NCBI RefSeq assembly: GCF_009914755.1
Contig: NC_060931.1
DNA length: 64,000 nucleotides
Source of the DNA: the human T2T-CHM13v2.0 reference genome, Homo sapiens
Reading direction: 5' to 3' (one strand)
The notes beneath the pieces are model-generated. The model was given only the letters and a program-made list of their open reading frames with translations. It ran no database searches and was not told the DNA's origin. Shown here in pieces: positions 42,664-58,532 of this stretch. Made by a program: the position numbers and the translations under genes. Positions within the stretch are counted from its first letter, which is position 1. The number at the start of each line of letters is the position of its first letter.

Positions 42664-42878
42664 TTACACAAATGTTTCCATTAATCAAAAAAAAATCATT
42701 GAATGGTACACTTAAGGTATGCGTACTTTGCTGTATGTCATTTTACCTCACTAAACAAAAAAGAACTCTACGTAACCAAATATTGCACTCCGGTTAATAA
42801 TATGCACACTAAAATGTTTAGGGGTGAAGTATATAGATGTTTGCTGCTCCCTTTGAAATATATTTTAAAAATAATATG

Positions 42879-43190
<312 letters not shown>

Positions 43191-43346
43191 ATGGGTTGAT
43201 GATTGAATAGAGGAATGGCTACATGGACAGTTATGTGAGAAAGCAAATACAGAGATAGGTTAATTGTAGAAGGCAGATGGTGGGTATATGGGTGTTAACT
43301 ATGAAATCATTTTATCTTTTCTGGATATTTAAAAAAATTATAACAA

Positions 43347-43652
43347 GCTGGGCGTGGTGGCTCACGCCTGTAATCCCAGCACTTTGGGAGGCTGAGGCGG
43401 GTGGATCACGAGGTCACGAGATCGAGACCATCCTGGCTAACACGGTGAAACCCCGTCTCTACTAAAAATACAAAAAAATTAGCTGGGCGTGGTGGCATGT
43501 GCCTGTAGTCCCAGCTACTTGTGAGGCTGAGGCAGGAGAATGGCATGAGCCCAGGAGGCAGACCTTGCATGAGATCATGCCACTGCACTCCAGCCTAGGC
43601 GACAGAGCAAGACTCCGTCTCAAAAACATAAATAAATAAATAAATAAATAAT
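43347..43652 (+). mobile_element. AluY-like element with a small right-arm deletion
   Basis: 'gagatcgagaccatcctggctaacacggtg' and 'agaatggcatga'; TSD ttataacaa. Confidence 0.93.
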
Positions 43653-44417
43653 TTATAACAAAATGTTGGGAAAGATAGGTTAAGAGTTAGAAGAAAAGGA
43701 AAATGAAGATCAGATAAAAAAGGATGAAGCCAATATTAGAACACAATGAAGAACTACAGATCTGCCTTTGAGTTTCCTAAGAGCCAAAACAAAAAGTGGG
43801 CAGAGGAGGACAGAAGAGGAAGATGAAGAGAGAGGAGAGAGAGAGGCGGGAGAGAGCTCAGTTACATAATTAGCAATACTCATATGATTTTTAAAGTTCT
43901 TCTAGTAAAGCACCACTTTTCCTGATACGAAGTTTTCATGAAGAGGAGACTGGACATTGCAGTTCTGTTAAGAGATTTTACACATTAAACAAGCAAGAAA
44001 TTAATTTCTCTCTTACATAATGGACCACATTACGAGAAATGCAAATTAAAGCCACAATATGATACTACTGCCCACATGAATGGCTAAAATAAAGGAAAGA
44101 CTGACCACACTAAATGTTGAGAGAACACAGAACAACCTGAACTCTCATACACTGTTTGTGGTGCAGCCACTTTGTAAAAATGTCTGACAATTTTTTTTAA
44201 CATATATATTTTTATTATACTTTAAGTTCTAGGATACATGTGCACAACGTGCAGGTTTGTTACACATGTATACATGTGCCATGTTGGTGTGCTGCACCCA
44301 TTAACTCGTCATTTACATTAGGTATATCTCCTAATGCTATCCCTTCCCCCTCCCCCCACCCCACAACAGGCCCTGGTGTGTGATGTTTCCCTTCCTGTGT
44401 CCAAGTGTTCTCATTCT

Positions 44418-48247
<3,830 letters not shown>

Positions 48248-48295
48248 TTATTTTGCTCATTAGTTGATGCAGTTTCTTCCTAGCCTCGATGGTCT

Positions 48296-49312
48296 TTACA
48301 ATTTGGCATGTTTTTGCAGTGGCTGGTACCGGTTGTTCCTTTCCATGTTTAGTGCTTCCTTCAGGAGCTCTTGTAGGGCAGGCCTGGTGGTGACAAAATC
48401 TCTCAGCATTTGCTTGTCTGTAAAGGATTTTATTTCTCCATCACTTATGAAGCTTAGTTTGGCTGGATATGAAATTCTGGGTTGAAAATTCTTTTCTTTA
48501 AGAATACTGAATATTGGCCCCCACTCTCTTCTGGCTTTTAGAGTTTCTGCTGAGAGATCAGCTGTTAGTCTGATGGGCTTCCCTTTGTGGGTAACCTGAC
48601 CTTTCTCTCTGGGTGCCCTTGACATGTTTTCCTTCATTTCAACTTTAGTGAATGTGACAGTTATGTGTCTTGGAGTTGCTCTTCTCGAGGAGTATCTTTG
48701 TGGCATTCTCTGTATTTCCTGTATTTGAATGTTGGCCTGCCTTGCTAGGTTGGGGAAGTTCTCCTGGATAATATCCTGCAGAGTGTTTTCCAACTTGGTT
48801 CCATTCTCCCTGTCACTTTCAGGTACACCAATCAGACGTAGATTTGGTCTTTTCACATAGTCCCATATTTCTTGGAGGCGTTGTTCATTTGTTTTCATTC
48901 TTTTTTCTCTAAACTTCTCTTCTCGCTTAATTTCATTCATTTGATCTTCAATCACTGATACCGTTTCTTCCAGCTGATCGAATTGGCTACTGAAGCTTGT
49001 GCATTCGTCACATAGTTCTCGTGCCATGGTTTTTAGCTCCATCAGGTCATTTAAGGCCTTCTCTACATTGGTTATTCTAGTTAGCCATTCGTCTAATTTT
49101 TTATCAAGGTTTTCAGCTTCTTTGCAATGGGTTCGAACTTCCTCCTTTAGCTCAGAGAAGTTTGATCGTCTGAAGCCTTCTTCTCTCAACTCGTCAAAGT
49201 CATTCTCCGTCCAGCTTTGTTCCATTGCTGGTGAGGAGCTGCGTTCCTTTGGAGGAGGAGAGGCGCTCTGATTTTTAGAATTTTCAGTTTTTCTGCTCTG
49301 TTTTTTCCCCAT
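48296..49312 (-). CDS. L1 ORF1p (RNA-binding chaperone), uninterrupted 338 aa
   Basis: MGKKQSRKTENSK...LQKHAKL; canonical length; REKG, ARR and YPAKLS motifs present. Expression is doubtful because the promoter is missing. Confidence 0.9.
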   Translation of the reverse strand: MGKKQSRKTENSKNQSASPPPKERSSSPAMEQSWTENDFDELREEGFRRSNFSELKEEVRTHCKEAENLDKKLDEWLTRITNVEKALNDLMELKTMARELCDECTSFSSQFDQLEETVSVIEDQMNEIKREEKFREKRMKTNEQRLQEIWDYVKRPNLRLIGVPESDRENGTKLENTLQDIIQENFPNLARQANIQIQEIQRMPQRYSSRRATPRHITVTFTKVEMKENMSRAPREKGQVTHKGKPIRLTADLSAETLKARREWGPIFSILKEKNFQPRISYPAKLSFISDGEIKSFTDKQMLRDFVTTRPALQELLKEALNMERNNRYQPLQKHAKL

Positions 49313-49934
49313 CTTTGTGGTTTTATCTACCTTTGGTCTTTGATGATGGTGACGTACAGATGGGGTTTTGGTGTGGATGTCCTTTCTGTTTGTTTTCCTT
49401 CTAACAGTCAGGACCCTCAGCTGCAGGTCTGTTGGAGTTTGCTGGAGGTCTACTCCAGACTCTGTTTGCCTGGGTATCAGCAGCAGAGGCTGCAGAACAG
49501 CGAATATTGCTGAACAGCAAATGTTGCTGTCTGATCGTTCCTCTGGAAGTTTCGTCTCAGAGGGGTACCCGGCCGTGTGAGGTGTCAGTCTGCCCCTACT
49601 GGAGGGTGCCTCCCAGTTAGGCTACTCGGGGTGTCTGACAATTTTTTATGTGACTTGAGGTAGTGTTCAGGATGGTATTGTGTCTCTGTTTAAGAGACCA
49701 CAAGGGAAATGAGGTGATTGGAGCTCTAAAATTCCACAACATAAAAATGTCTGCAGTGATTTTATCCAGGAAGAAAAAATTAGGTAAAAAGATAGAAAGA
49801 GCCTTAAAAATCTCTAAGAAACATATTCTATCCCCTATCTCATTCATCTATGCCAATGTATCCTGCTAAATTCATTCCTCTCTGAACATATACCATATGC
49901 TAGATACCATAGGGAATGATAATAATAGATTTTT

Positions 49935-50112
49935 ATGCCATATTTCAACAATTCTAAGATGTATGATTTTTTGCACATTTTGATATTTCTGAAATTGGGA
50001 TAGGTCTTAAATCAATGGCATGTCATAATTGGTAGAATTTTTTCCTTCTTAATGGTACATAAAATAATTGCACTTCTTAAAATCAATGATATCTTAGATT
50101 TATTAAAACACA
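49935..50112. mobile_element. MER104-like Tc2/mariner MITE
   Basis: Degenerate terminal inverted repeats 'ccatatttcaacaattctaagatg' and 'tatcttagatttattaaaacac'. Confidence 0.6.
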
Positions 50113-51769
50113 ATCTCTAGTGCTTCATAGTTCAAAGTATTTTCATCTTATTTGATCCTCACAGCAACATATTTTGTTGAGATGGGTAGTTACTCCTATT
50201 CTAAACCTAAAAATCAAAATTCAGAGAGACTAAGTGACCTCTCTGAGGTCCTCCTTAGAGACTTTATGATGAAGCCATAACTCTAATCTAAATCTACTAT
50301 TTTCTCCCAATATCCCACTGAAAACTCCATGGAAAAAAATACCTGTTTCATTCACTCCTGTGACACCAGAATATAGAACATTACTTGGCATATAGTAGGT
50401 ATTTGATAAATATTTATTGAATCAATGTATTACATTATAGAAGTGAATGAAAGTCAGAAGGGAGAGCGTTCTGTGAGTTGTAGTGAGCTGAGAAGTTTAT
50501 ACAGAGGGTGAGTATCCTTCCATCTTTCCTCCACTTTGGTGAACATCTCATTTATTACTCAAATATCTTCTGTTCCATGATGGCTTCCTCAGGTTAAGCC
50601 AAACATATTTGTTTCCTAACGACTTGAAAGGCAACCTAGTAGAGCAGAAAGCATACTGGTTTTTGCCTCAGAAAAAGTGGGTGTAAATTCCTTCTGATTT
50701 TAACCACCTACTAGCACAAAACTTTGGAAAAGATTGGAGAACTTTCCTGAGCTTCAATTTTCTTATCTGCAAAATTGAGAATAAAACCTAGCAGATTGTA
50801 TCATTGTGAGCCTTAAATGAGACCAGATATATGAACTCACCTGGCACACAGTAGGAGCTCAATAATATTGGTCCCTTTCTCTTCCCTCTGCCATGCTCCA
50901 CTTGGACTTGGTAAACACGTCAACACATTTTTTCCCCAAGAGACTGCAAGTTTCTATAAGAACTCTATACAGATGAGGGTACTTAGTGAAAATAAATAAA
51001 TAATAAAATAAAAGAACTCTGTTTGGTTCATAACCACCTTTCCAGAGCTTAGGAGAGTGCCTGACACATTCTAAGTGCCCTTAAATAGTTTCAGAGTTCA
51101 TTCATTCACTTATTTCATCTTTAAATATGCATCATGTGCCTACTACGTGCCAGGACCTTTTCCTGTTGCTGAGGATATTGCAATAAATAAAGCTAATGAA
51201 AAGCCTTGCCCTCATGGAGACAGATGAACAAGACATGAATAAATAAACAATGTATAATGATAAGTGCCATGGAGGAAAATAAAACAGGGAATGGGGATAG
51301 GAGGTATAGAGGCAGGCAGGGGTGACTTGTTGCAATATTAATTTGGATGTTAAAGAAAAGCCTCACTCATGGTGACATTTGAGCAGAGATTTCAAGGAAA
51401 TTAGGGGAAAGCCATACAGATACAGATATATGGGTTAAATTTGAAGAGCAATTTAAATATTTGTAGGAAAAAAATGAGAGAAAGGTAAATGGAACATTCC
51501 AGAACTTGGGAACATTTGACCAAAAACCTGATGGAATTATGTAGAAGGCTGGCTTGGGCAATATTAAATGAACCAGCTTAGGTGGAGTGTCAGGGCTTAG
51601 AATATCAGGAAGAGAATGTACATTTCATGTTATAGACAATGGTGAATCATTGAAGACTTTTGAGCAAGATGACGTGACAGGAAGCTTCATCTGGTAGAAC
51701 AACCCATGCAAAAAGTATTAAAGGAAAAAGATGGCAGTTCTGTTTAAGAGATCTTGAATTTGACATCAT

Positions 51770-52135
51770 AGTACATACACAATGGAATACTACTCAGCCA
51801 TAAAATGGAACGAAATAACCAACTTCACAGCAACTTGGATGGAACTGGATGCCATTATTCTAAGTGAAGTAACTCAGGAATGAAAAATAAAATATCACAT
51901 GTTCTCACTTATAAGCGGAAGTTAAACTATAAGGATGTAAAGGCATAAGAGAGATATAACGGACTCTGGGGGACTCGGGGGGAAGAGTTTGGGGGTAAGG
52001 GATAAAAGACCATATATTGGGTACCGTGTACATTGCTCAGGTGATGGGTACACCAAAATATTAGAAATCACCACTAAAGAACTTATACATGTAACCAAAA
52101 ATCACCTGTACCCCCAAAACTATTGAATTTTTTAA
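51770..52135 (+). mobile_element. L1 3' end (L1PB/L1MA-like)
   Basis: 'aatggaatactactcagccataaaa...ggataaaagaccatatattggg...cacctgtacccccaaaactattgaa'. Confidence 0.88.
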
Positions 52136-52462
<327 letters not shown>

Positions 52463-54222
52463 TAAAAAATAAAAAAAGAACTGGGCAGACTTGCCTACCT
52501 GGTCATACAGAGTGCTGAACACTTGCTGGCTTCCCCATGGAGCCTGCCCCAGGAAAAACAAAAATAAATTTAAAAAATAACATAACCTATTTGTCAGACA
52601 AAAATACAGGCCTAGAATTAAGAGAGAGACAAGGGTTTGAGATTTGAGAAGCGTAGCCCACCTAAATCCTGACAGACAATTACAGTCATCTTCTAAGAAC
52701 TGCAGACTCTGTCGGTGAGCAACAGACCTTGCTAGAATTTCATTTCTGGCCTAAGAATTAGTACAGCATTCCCCTTAGGAATTTTCCAAGCTCAGGCCAA
52801 GACCAGAAAACCAAAGTCAGCAGTAATGAGAATGATATGCAGGACCTGACAGGGAGATACGCCAGCAAATTAAGTCCTGTGTAGGAAAAATACCTTGAAA
52901 GGTGGGGCACAATGTGTCTTGGGAAGCTCAGGCTCAGGAGAAATCTGGAAGAACATATATCATGACAGATGCTTCAGCCTCGTGGGAGGGCTTTTGTTTA
53001 AAAGTGTGCTATGTAAAATGATATAGACACCCTACAAAAAGCAACATGCCAATGATTCATCTTGTCTACAAAAACATTACAGACCCTCACATTTGATTTT
53101 CAATCCAACACTAATTGAAGTTATCAAAAAAGAAACAAAAGTTATCTCTTTGTCATTTGGAATGATTTTTCATTTACCCACCAATAAGCAGGAAGGGGGT
53201 CTGTGAGTGCTCCAAAACCAAGTAGTGGGGTTTTTAAGCTGCAGGGAGAAAGGTTGCGGAAACCAGATGCATCTTTATATAAGATTTTGGAGTCCTACTG
53301 ATGTGTTTGTGGCTTTATGACAGTGGAACTCTACCACTGAGAAAAGAGAAAAGAAAATGCCATTGAAATAAACTTGGTTCTCACCAACAAAGCCTGGAAT
53401 TCCAGCCAGGTGTATTGCGTGCCTATAATTAGCTGTTGGCTCTTGGGAAGGAAAGAAACTAAAGGGATGCAAAAAGAGAGGGCCTCCTTTACTTGAAATA
53501 TCTTAGTCCAAGGATCTTCAAATATTCTGCTTACATAACCCCCAAAAGAATGTTGTAAAGCTATGTAACTCTTCACATATTTTAAGTTGACATCTAGCAT
53601 TTTTCATCATAAGATAAAAATAAGATGATGATAGACTGTAATTGGGATAAATATTTCATGACAGTATTTGATAAAAGATATTTTAACTTCACAATAAATA
53701 AAATACCCCAAATCTGAAAGAAATCATCTAAAAATTTTATGAGCCAGTTTTATCCAATGTTTCTCAAAAAACTTGCTTGTGTTGTAAGACATTCCAGTTG
53801 ACTTTAAGAGAATCAGCATCACTAATTCATACGGTTCAGCTATTCCAAATTCAGAGCTTTCCCCACAAAGACCAATTATTCCATTTCTAATGACAAGCTT
53901 CACCCTTAACAGAAATATGTATACAGGTCAGGCAAATAAAGGAAGCCCCATGGATGTAAGGCAACTTGATTAATAATAACTGAAGATTTCTCCATCAAAC
54001 CAATATTTTGTTCTTGTTTTTTTTTTAACTTCTATATGTATCCACAAAAAATAAAAACCTTTTCCTAAACAGGCCAAATTACACTGCCACAGAACAAAAA
54101 TATCTAATCCATATTAAAATGTCTCACATGTCCTTTATGGTTAGTTTTTCTAATCCAGGATTAAATCCTGGGCCATATACTGCATCTGGTGTTATATCCC
54201 ATAAGTCTCTTTTAATCTAGAA

Positions 54223-54477
54223 CATGCATTCTTAACCCGGGGGTGGGAGGGTGATATTATCCCCCAGGGAGTGAAAATTGGTTCTTGAGGAATGAAAAAA
54301 AAATGCACTATTTTTTATGTACAAAGCACAGATATATGTATAGTACGTAACCTGTATGTTTACAGTATATACACATATACCTGTGGTATTTTCATGAATA
54401 ATTAAGGGAAAAATGTCTAAAAAGATTCCTTTTAAATGTATGGGGTGCAATAATGAAGAGAGGTTGAGAAATACTGG
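54223..54477. mobile_element. hAT-Charlie-type MITE
   Basis: Termini 'catgcattcttaacc' and 'ggttgagaaatactg' flanked by a tctagaa-type TSD typical of Charlie elements. Confidence 0.6.
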
Positions 54478-54616
54478 TCTAGAAGAATCCCTCTTTCATG
54501 ACACTTATGGATTGATGAGGCCCCCAAATCAACATTTCAATATACCCACTTGTTTCATTCACAGGGGAAGTTTTCATAGCCTGGGGCAATATTCCTTCAT
54601 AAGATTTGGGATGAGA

Positions 54617-54987
54617 GAGGTGGCAGATGTGGAAATGTGCTGCTCAGATCCCCCTGCAAGAAAGGCTGTCTCCTTAGCTGGGAGGAGTGTGGCTAGCAGA
54701 CACCCTCCAGCTGTTACGTTCCTCAGGATCTGCCTCAGCTTTCCAGCCAAGGTCATGCTCTTCTTGGGGCAGCCTCAGGCAATAACTGAAAAACAGCTGA
54801 TGTACATGGGCTTGGCCATTTCCACCCAACAGGAGAACTTCTAAGATGCAATCTTGGCTCTGGAGCTTCCCCACTGAGCTGGCCAACTTTGTGGGGTCTG
54901 CGTTACAGTCAGACAACTCCAGCTGCCTAACCCTGCTCTCCCCCTCATTTCCCAGATGTCACTCCCCAATAAAACACTGGTATTCCT

Positions 54988-55040
<53 letters not shown>

Positions 55041-55073
55041 AGCATCTTCTTCCTGGAGAACCAAACTGGTACA
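54617..55073 (+). mobile_element. LTR16-like ERVL LTR containing (CT)24 at 54990-55037
   Basis: 'gctgctcagatccccc...ggatctgcctcagct...ccccaataaa...ttcctggagaacc'. Confidence 0.7.
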
Positions 55074-55191
55074 GTGAGGGCAAACATGGGCTTATAGATC
55101 AGTGTTAGGAAACAGTAGACAGGAGATGGAAGATCTAGGAAATGGTCTCCTTAAAATTATCTGTAGTCTTAAAGTCTTCACTTACCAAAGG

Positions 55192-55922
55192 TGTAGGAGA
55201 TCAGTCAAGGTTCAATTAGAGAAGTAGAATACTAGGAGATAGATAGGTAGGTAGGTAGGTAGGTAGGTAGGTAGGTAGGTAGGTAGGTAGATAGATAGAC
55301 AGATAGATAGACAGACAGGTAGATAGATTGATATAGTAGGGCATTTATTATAGGGATTTGATCTTATTCATTTGGGGGAGCTTGTTACTTACTCTGTGTG
55401 AGGCCATCGCATCTGTGTTTGGTGCTGAAGCCTGAAATCCTCAGAGAAGGCATTTGGGAAAGAGAGATGTCTGTGAAGTTGGGGAAACAGGCAAACTGGA
55501 ACCCACGAGGACGGACTGGAATCTGCATTCATATCCTACTGCTTTCAAGCTGCCAACTTCAATGGTCAGGTACTCTCTAGGAGAAGCTGGTGTCCTTCGT
55601 CATGGAGGACATGTTGGGTCTGGAAGTCAGAGAGGCTGGAGAAGTTGCAGGCGTGGCTACTGTTCCACACCACAATGCAAGTCAACAGGTAAGGAACAAC
55701 ATGAATGAGATGCAACAGCACCTGTGACCTGCACCAACCTTTCAGGTGTAAAAAATGTATGTCTGCTACTTCACTGCTTTACTTTTGCTTTCTAAATCTC
55801 ACACAAAGCTAGGTATGGTGGCTCACACCTATAATCTCAGCACTTTAGGAGGCTAAGGCAGAGAAGGGAATTTTGGGTGCCATAGTTTTAGTTTAGCTGA
55901 GTTGATACACAAATCCACCCAA
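55192..55922 (-). mobile_element. ERVL-class LTR with a (GGTA)/(GATA) microsatellite (~55237-55330) and an Alu fragment (55808-55861)
   Basis: 'tcagtcaaggttcaattagagaagtagaa' terminus; 'gagaagggaattttggg...tttagctgagttgataca' at the other end. Confidence 0.55.
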
Positions 55923-56734
55923 TGGGGGTTTCCATATCCTGTTTAAGAATCACTGACTTAAATAACAAAGGGCTAGAGAGCCCTTCTAAAAGTTGTGCTT
56001 GGGAGTTTAGGATTAAATGTATAGCCTCGTTGCATATCCTGAGAGTAAAGCCTTCAGTCTTACAGGCCTGGGTTTGAGGGGCTGATGGCTGCTAACCTCT
56101 CTGAATTTCAAGGTCTTCATTCATAAAAGGGCAATAATACCTACTTTGCAGGATTCTGTGAGGATTGCATTGTGGCAGCACACACAAAGTCCAGATACAT
56201 AGTGCTTAATTAAGGGCAACTATTATTTCAAGGGTGTCTTATAGCTTTCAGGTTAATACAATCACGCTAAGATTTTAGATCTGCTGAACCTTTAGAGGCT
56301 TATACAAGCCAAAGACTGGCTAAGCCACAGGTTAGAACTCATGGAACCATCAGCTTACACCCCCTAAAACCAGAGTTCTCCATGTCCTTGAGTTGTGTGA
56401 GTAGGAGGGAAAAGTCTGATAGTCCCAATTGGTTAGACTTTGATTGATGAATGCCATCAATGGCTGCAGGTCAAAGGCAGCAGTCAATAGGAAACCATGC
56501 TTCATGTTGCTATTGCAGTTCAGCATTTCCTAAAGGCAGATGCCTCCTTCCTGGTCCTTCATGCCTCAAAGAGTTGGAATCGACCTGATAATCATGGAGG
56601 CAAATAAAATTGTGATAGATGGAAAAAGGCCATTTCTGTCCTGTCATAATTTGATTCTCTCCACCCCCTGCTCTCTTACTCCAATATATAACTTAAGGGC
56701 CACAGATATACTTCATGATTAAGAGTGCACTTGG

Positions 56735-57287
56735 TCCTGAATTAGTCAAGACTATGGTTGCAAGAAACAGAAACCCAAGTTGAACCAGTTATAAACAAAG
56801 AAATAAGAAAGAAAGAAATAGAAGGAAGAAAGGAAGGAAGGAAGGAGTAAGGTTATGATTGTTTAAATATTTATTTTTTAATTTTGTGTTTTATTGATAC
56901 ATAACATGTACATATTTTGGGGGTACTATGACAATTTAAAACATTCATATGCCTTGTAAAGATAAAATCAGTGTAACTGAGATTCCCATCACCTTAAATA
57001 TTTGTGTTTTCTTTATGCTAGAAACATTCTAATTCTTCTCTTCTAGCTATATTGAAATATACAATAGATTATTGTAAACTATAGTCATACTACTGACTGA
57101 TGAAATACTAGGTCTTATTTCTTCTATCATACTGTATATACATACCCATTAATCAATCTCTCTTCATCCCTCTCCCTGCTAAGGTTACGATTTATTGAAT
57201 ATTTGGCACAAGTAATGGGTAGTTGTAGTCTAGGGGAAGTAGACCTTGCAGACCTTGGTGGGGATTGCAGGGACTTAGCAGTACAGT

Positions 57288-57340
<53 letters not shown>

Positions 57341-57745
57341 CTCTCCTCCGCTTTTCTCTGTGCAGGGGATGCATTCCTACATTCTTTCCTACTACAGATG
57401 AGCTTGCTCATCTTGCTGTGGAGAGGAAGTGGAGCATGGTCCAGACAAGCACTGGTTTTGTCATCGCTGTCTAGTAACATCAGAGAAGAAAGCTTCCTTT
57501 TCCCAAAGTCTACATATAAATTCCCAGGGAAAGGCTCTTTCTGGCTCAATTTGATGTAGCCAAGTGGGTGGTGACTATGGTTGGTCAAGCCTGGATCTCA
57601 TACTCACCCTGTAGACTGAAGACTGGTTTGGCTGTCCACTAAAACCTTAAGGAGAAGAGGTAGAACCTTTCTCTCCAATGAAATAAGGTGTTGTACTGGA
57701 AGACAGGTGGGAGAGGAGCTGCTGAACAGACACAATCGACAGGTG
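56735..57745 (-). mobile_element. MaLR LTR split by an L1MA 3' fragment (~56870-57175) and (TC)23 (57292-57337)
   Basis: MLT1 end 'ttagtcaagactatggttgcaagaaacagaaaccc'; L1MA 'tctagctatattgaaatatacaatagattattgtaaactatagtca'. Confidence 0.6.
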
Positions 57746-58149
57746 TCCATTACAGATCCTTCATGTCTCAAGATTTTGTTTTGTTTTCCAACAAAAGTCT
57801 CTGAAAACAGAGGACATTTACAATTGCAAAAGAAAAACTCTTTGTTGACAGAAAGAGGAGAATGTGTACAGATGACAGAAGCTGCATAAATAGGCTGTCA
57901 TCAAAGCTCTCTTGGAGAGTGCATCATCTCCTCATGACTTCAGGTATTTAATCTCCATATGACTCTCATATATACTTCTCCCAGCCTCTAATCCTCAGGG
58001 GATAAGAGTAGCGCCGACCTCATAGGGCTTCTGTGAGAACTATTTTGAGTGAATGCAAGTAAAACACACAGTACAGAGCCTGATGCATAGAAAGCTTTTT
58101 TATAAATAAAAATAATTTTGTATATTTATGTACTACACCAATCCTCAGG

Positions 58150-58532
58150 ACACACTGAGGGCTATTTGCTGCAAATACCTACAACATTCTGCTTAGGGTT
58201 ATTTTTCCGGCACAGGGAGACCGTTTTGGAGAGTTAATGCCCCTCAAATAAATTCTCAATTGACAAGAATTAGTGGATAAATACTTCGACTTCCTGATCC
58301 CTAGGCAGGACTACATTGAGACATCTTCTATACTCTCTTCCAGTGTCTCCAGCATGACTGCTCTCCAACTGATTCCTTTGAGAACATGCCCTTTATTTTT
58401 TTGCTTCCTTTCTTTCCCTGTCATACTGCCCCACTCTCCTGCCGGTGTTTCCTGAAATCACCTCCTCAATAAGTGGTGTGCATTTAAATCTTCATCTCAG
58501 GATCTGCCTATAGGGAACCTTAAACTAGGACA
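58150..58532 (+). mobile_element. LTR16A-like ERVL LTR
   Basis: 'ttaatgcccct...gatggataaata...aaatcacctcc...catttaaatcttcatctcaggatctgc...aaactaggaca'. Confidence 0.65.
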
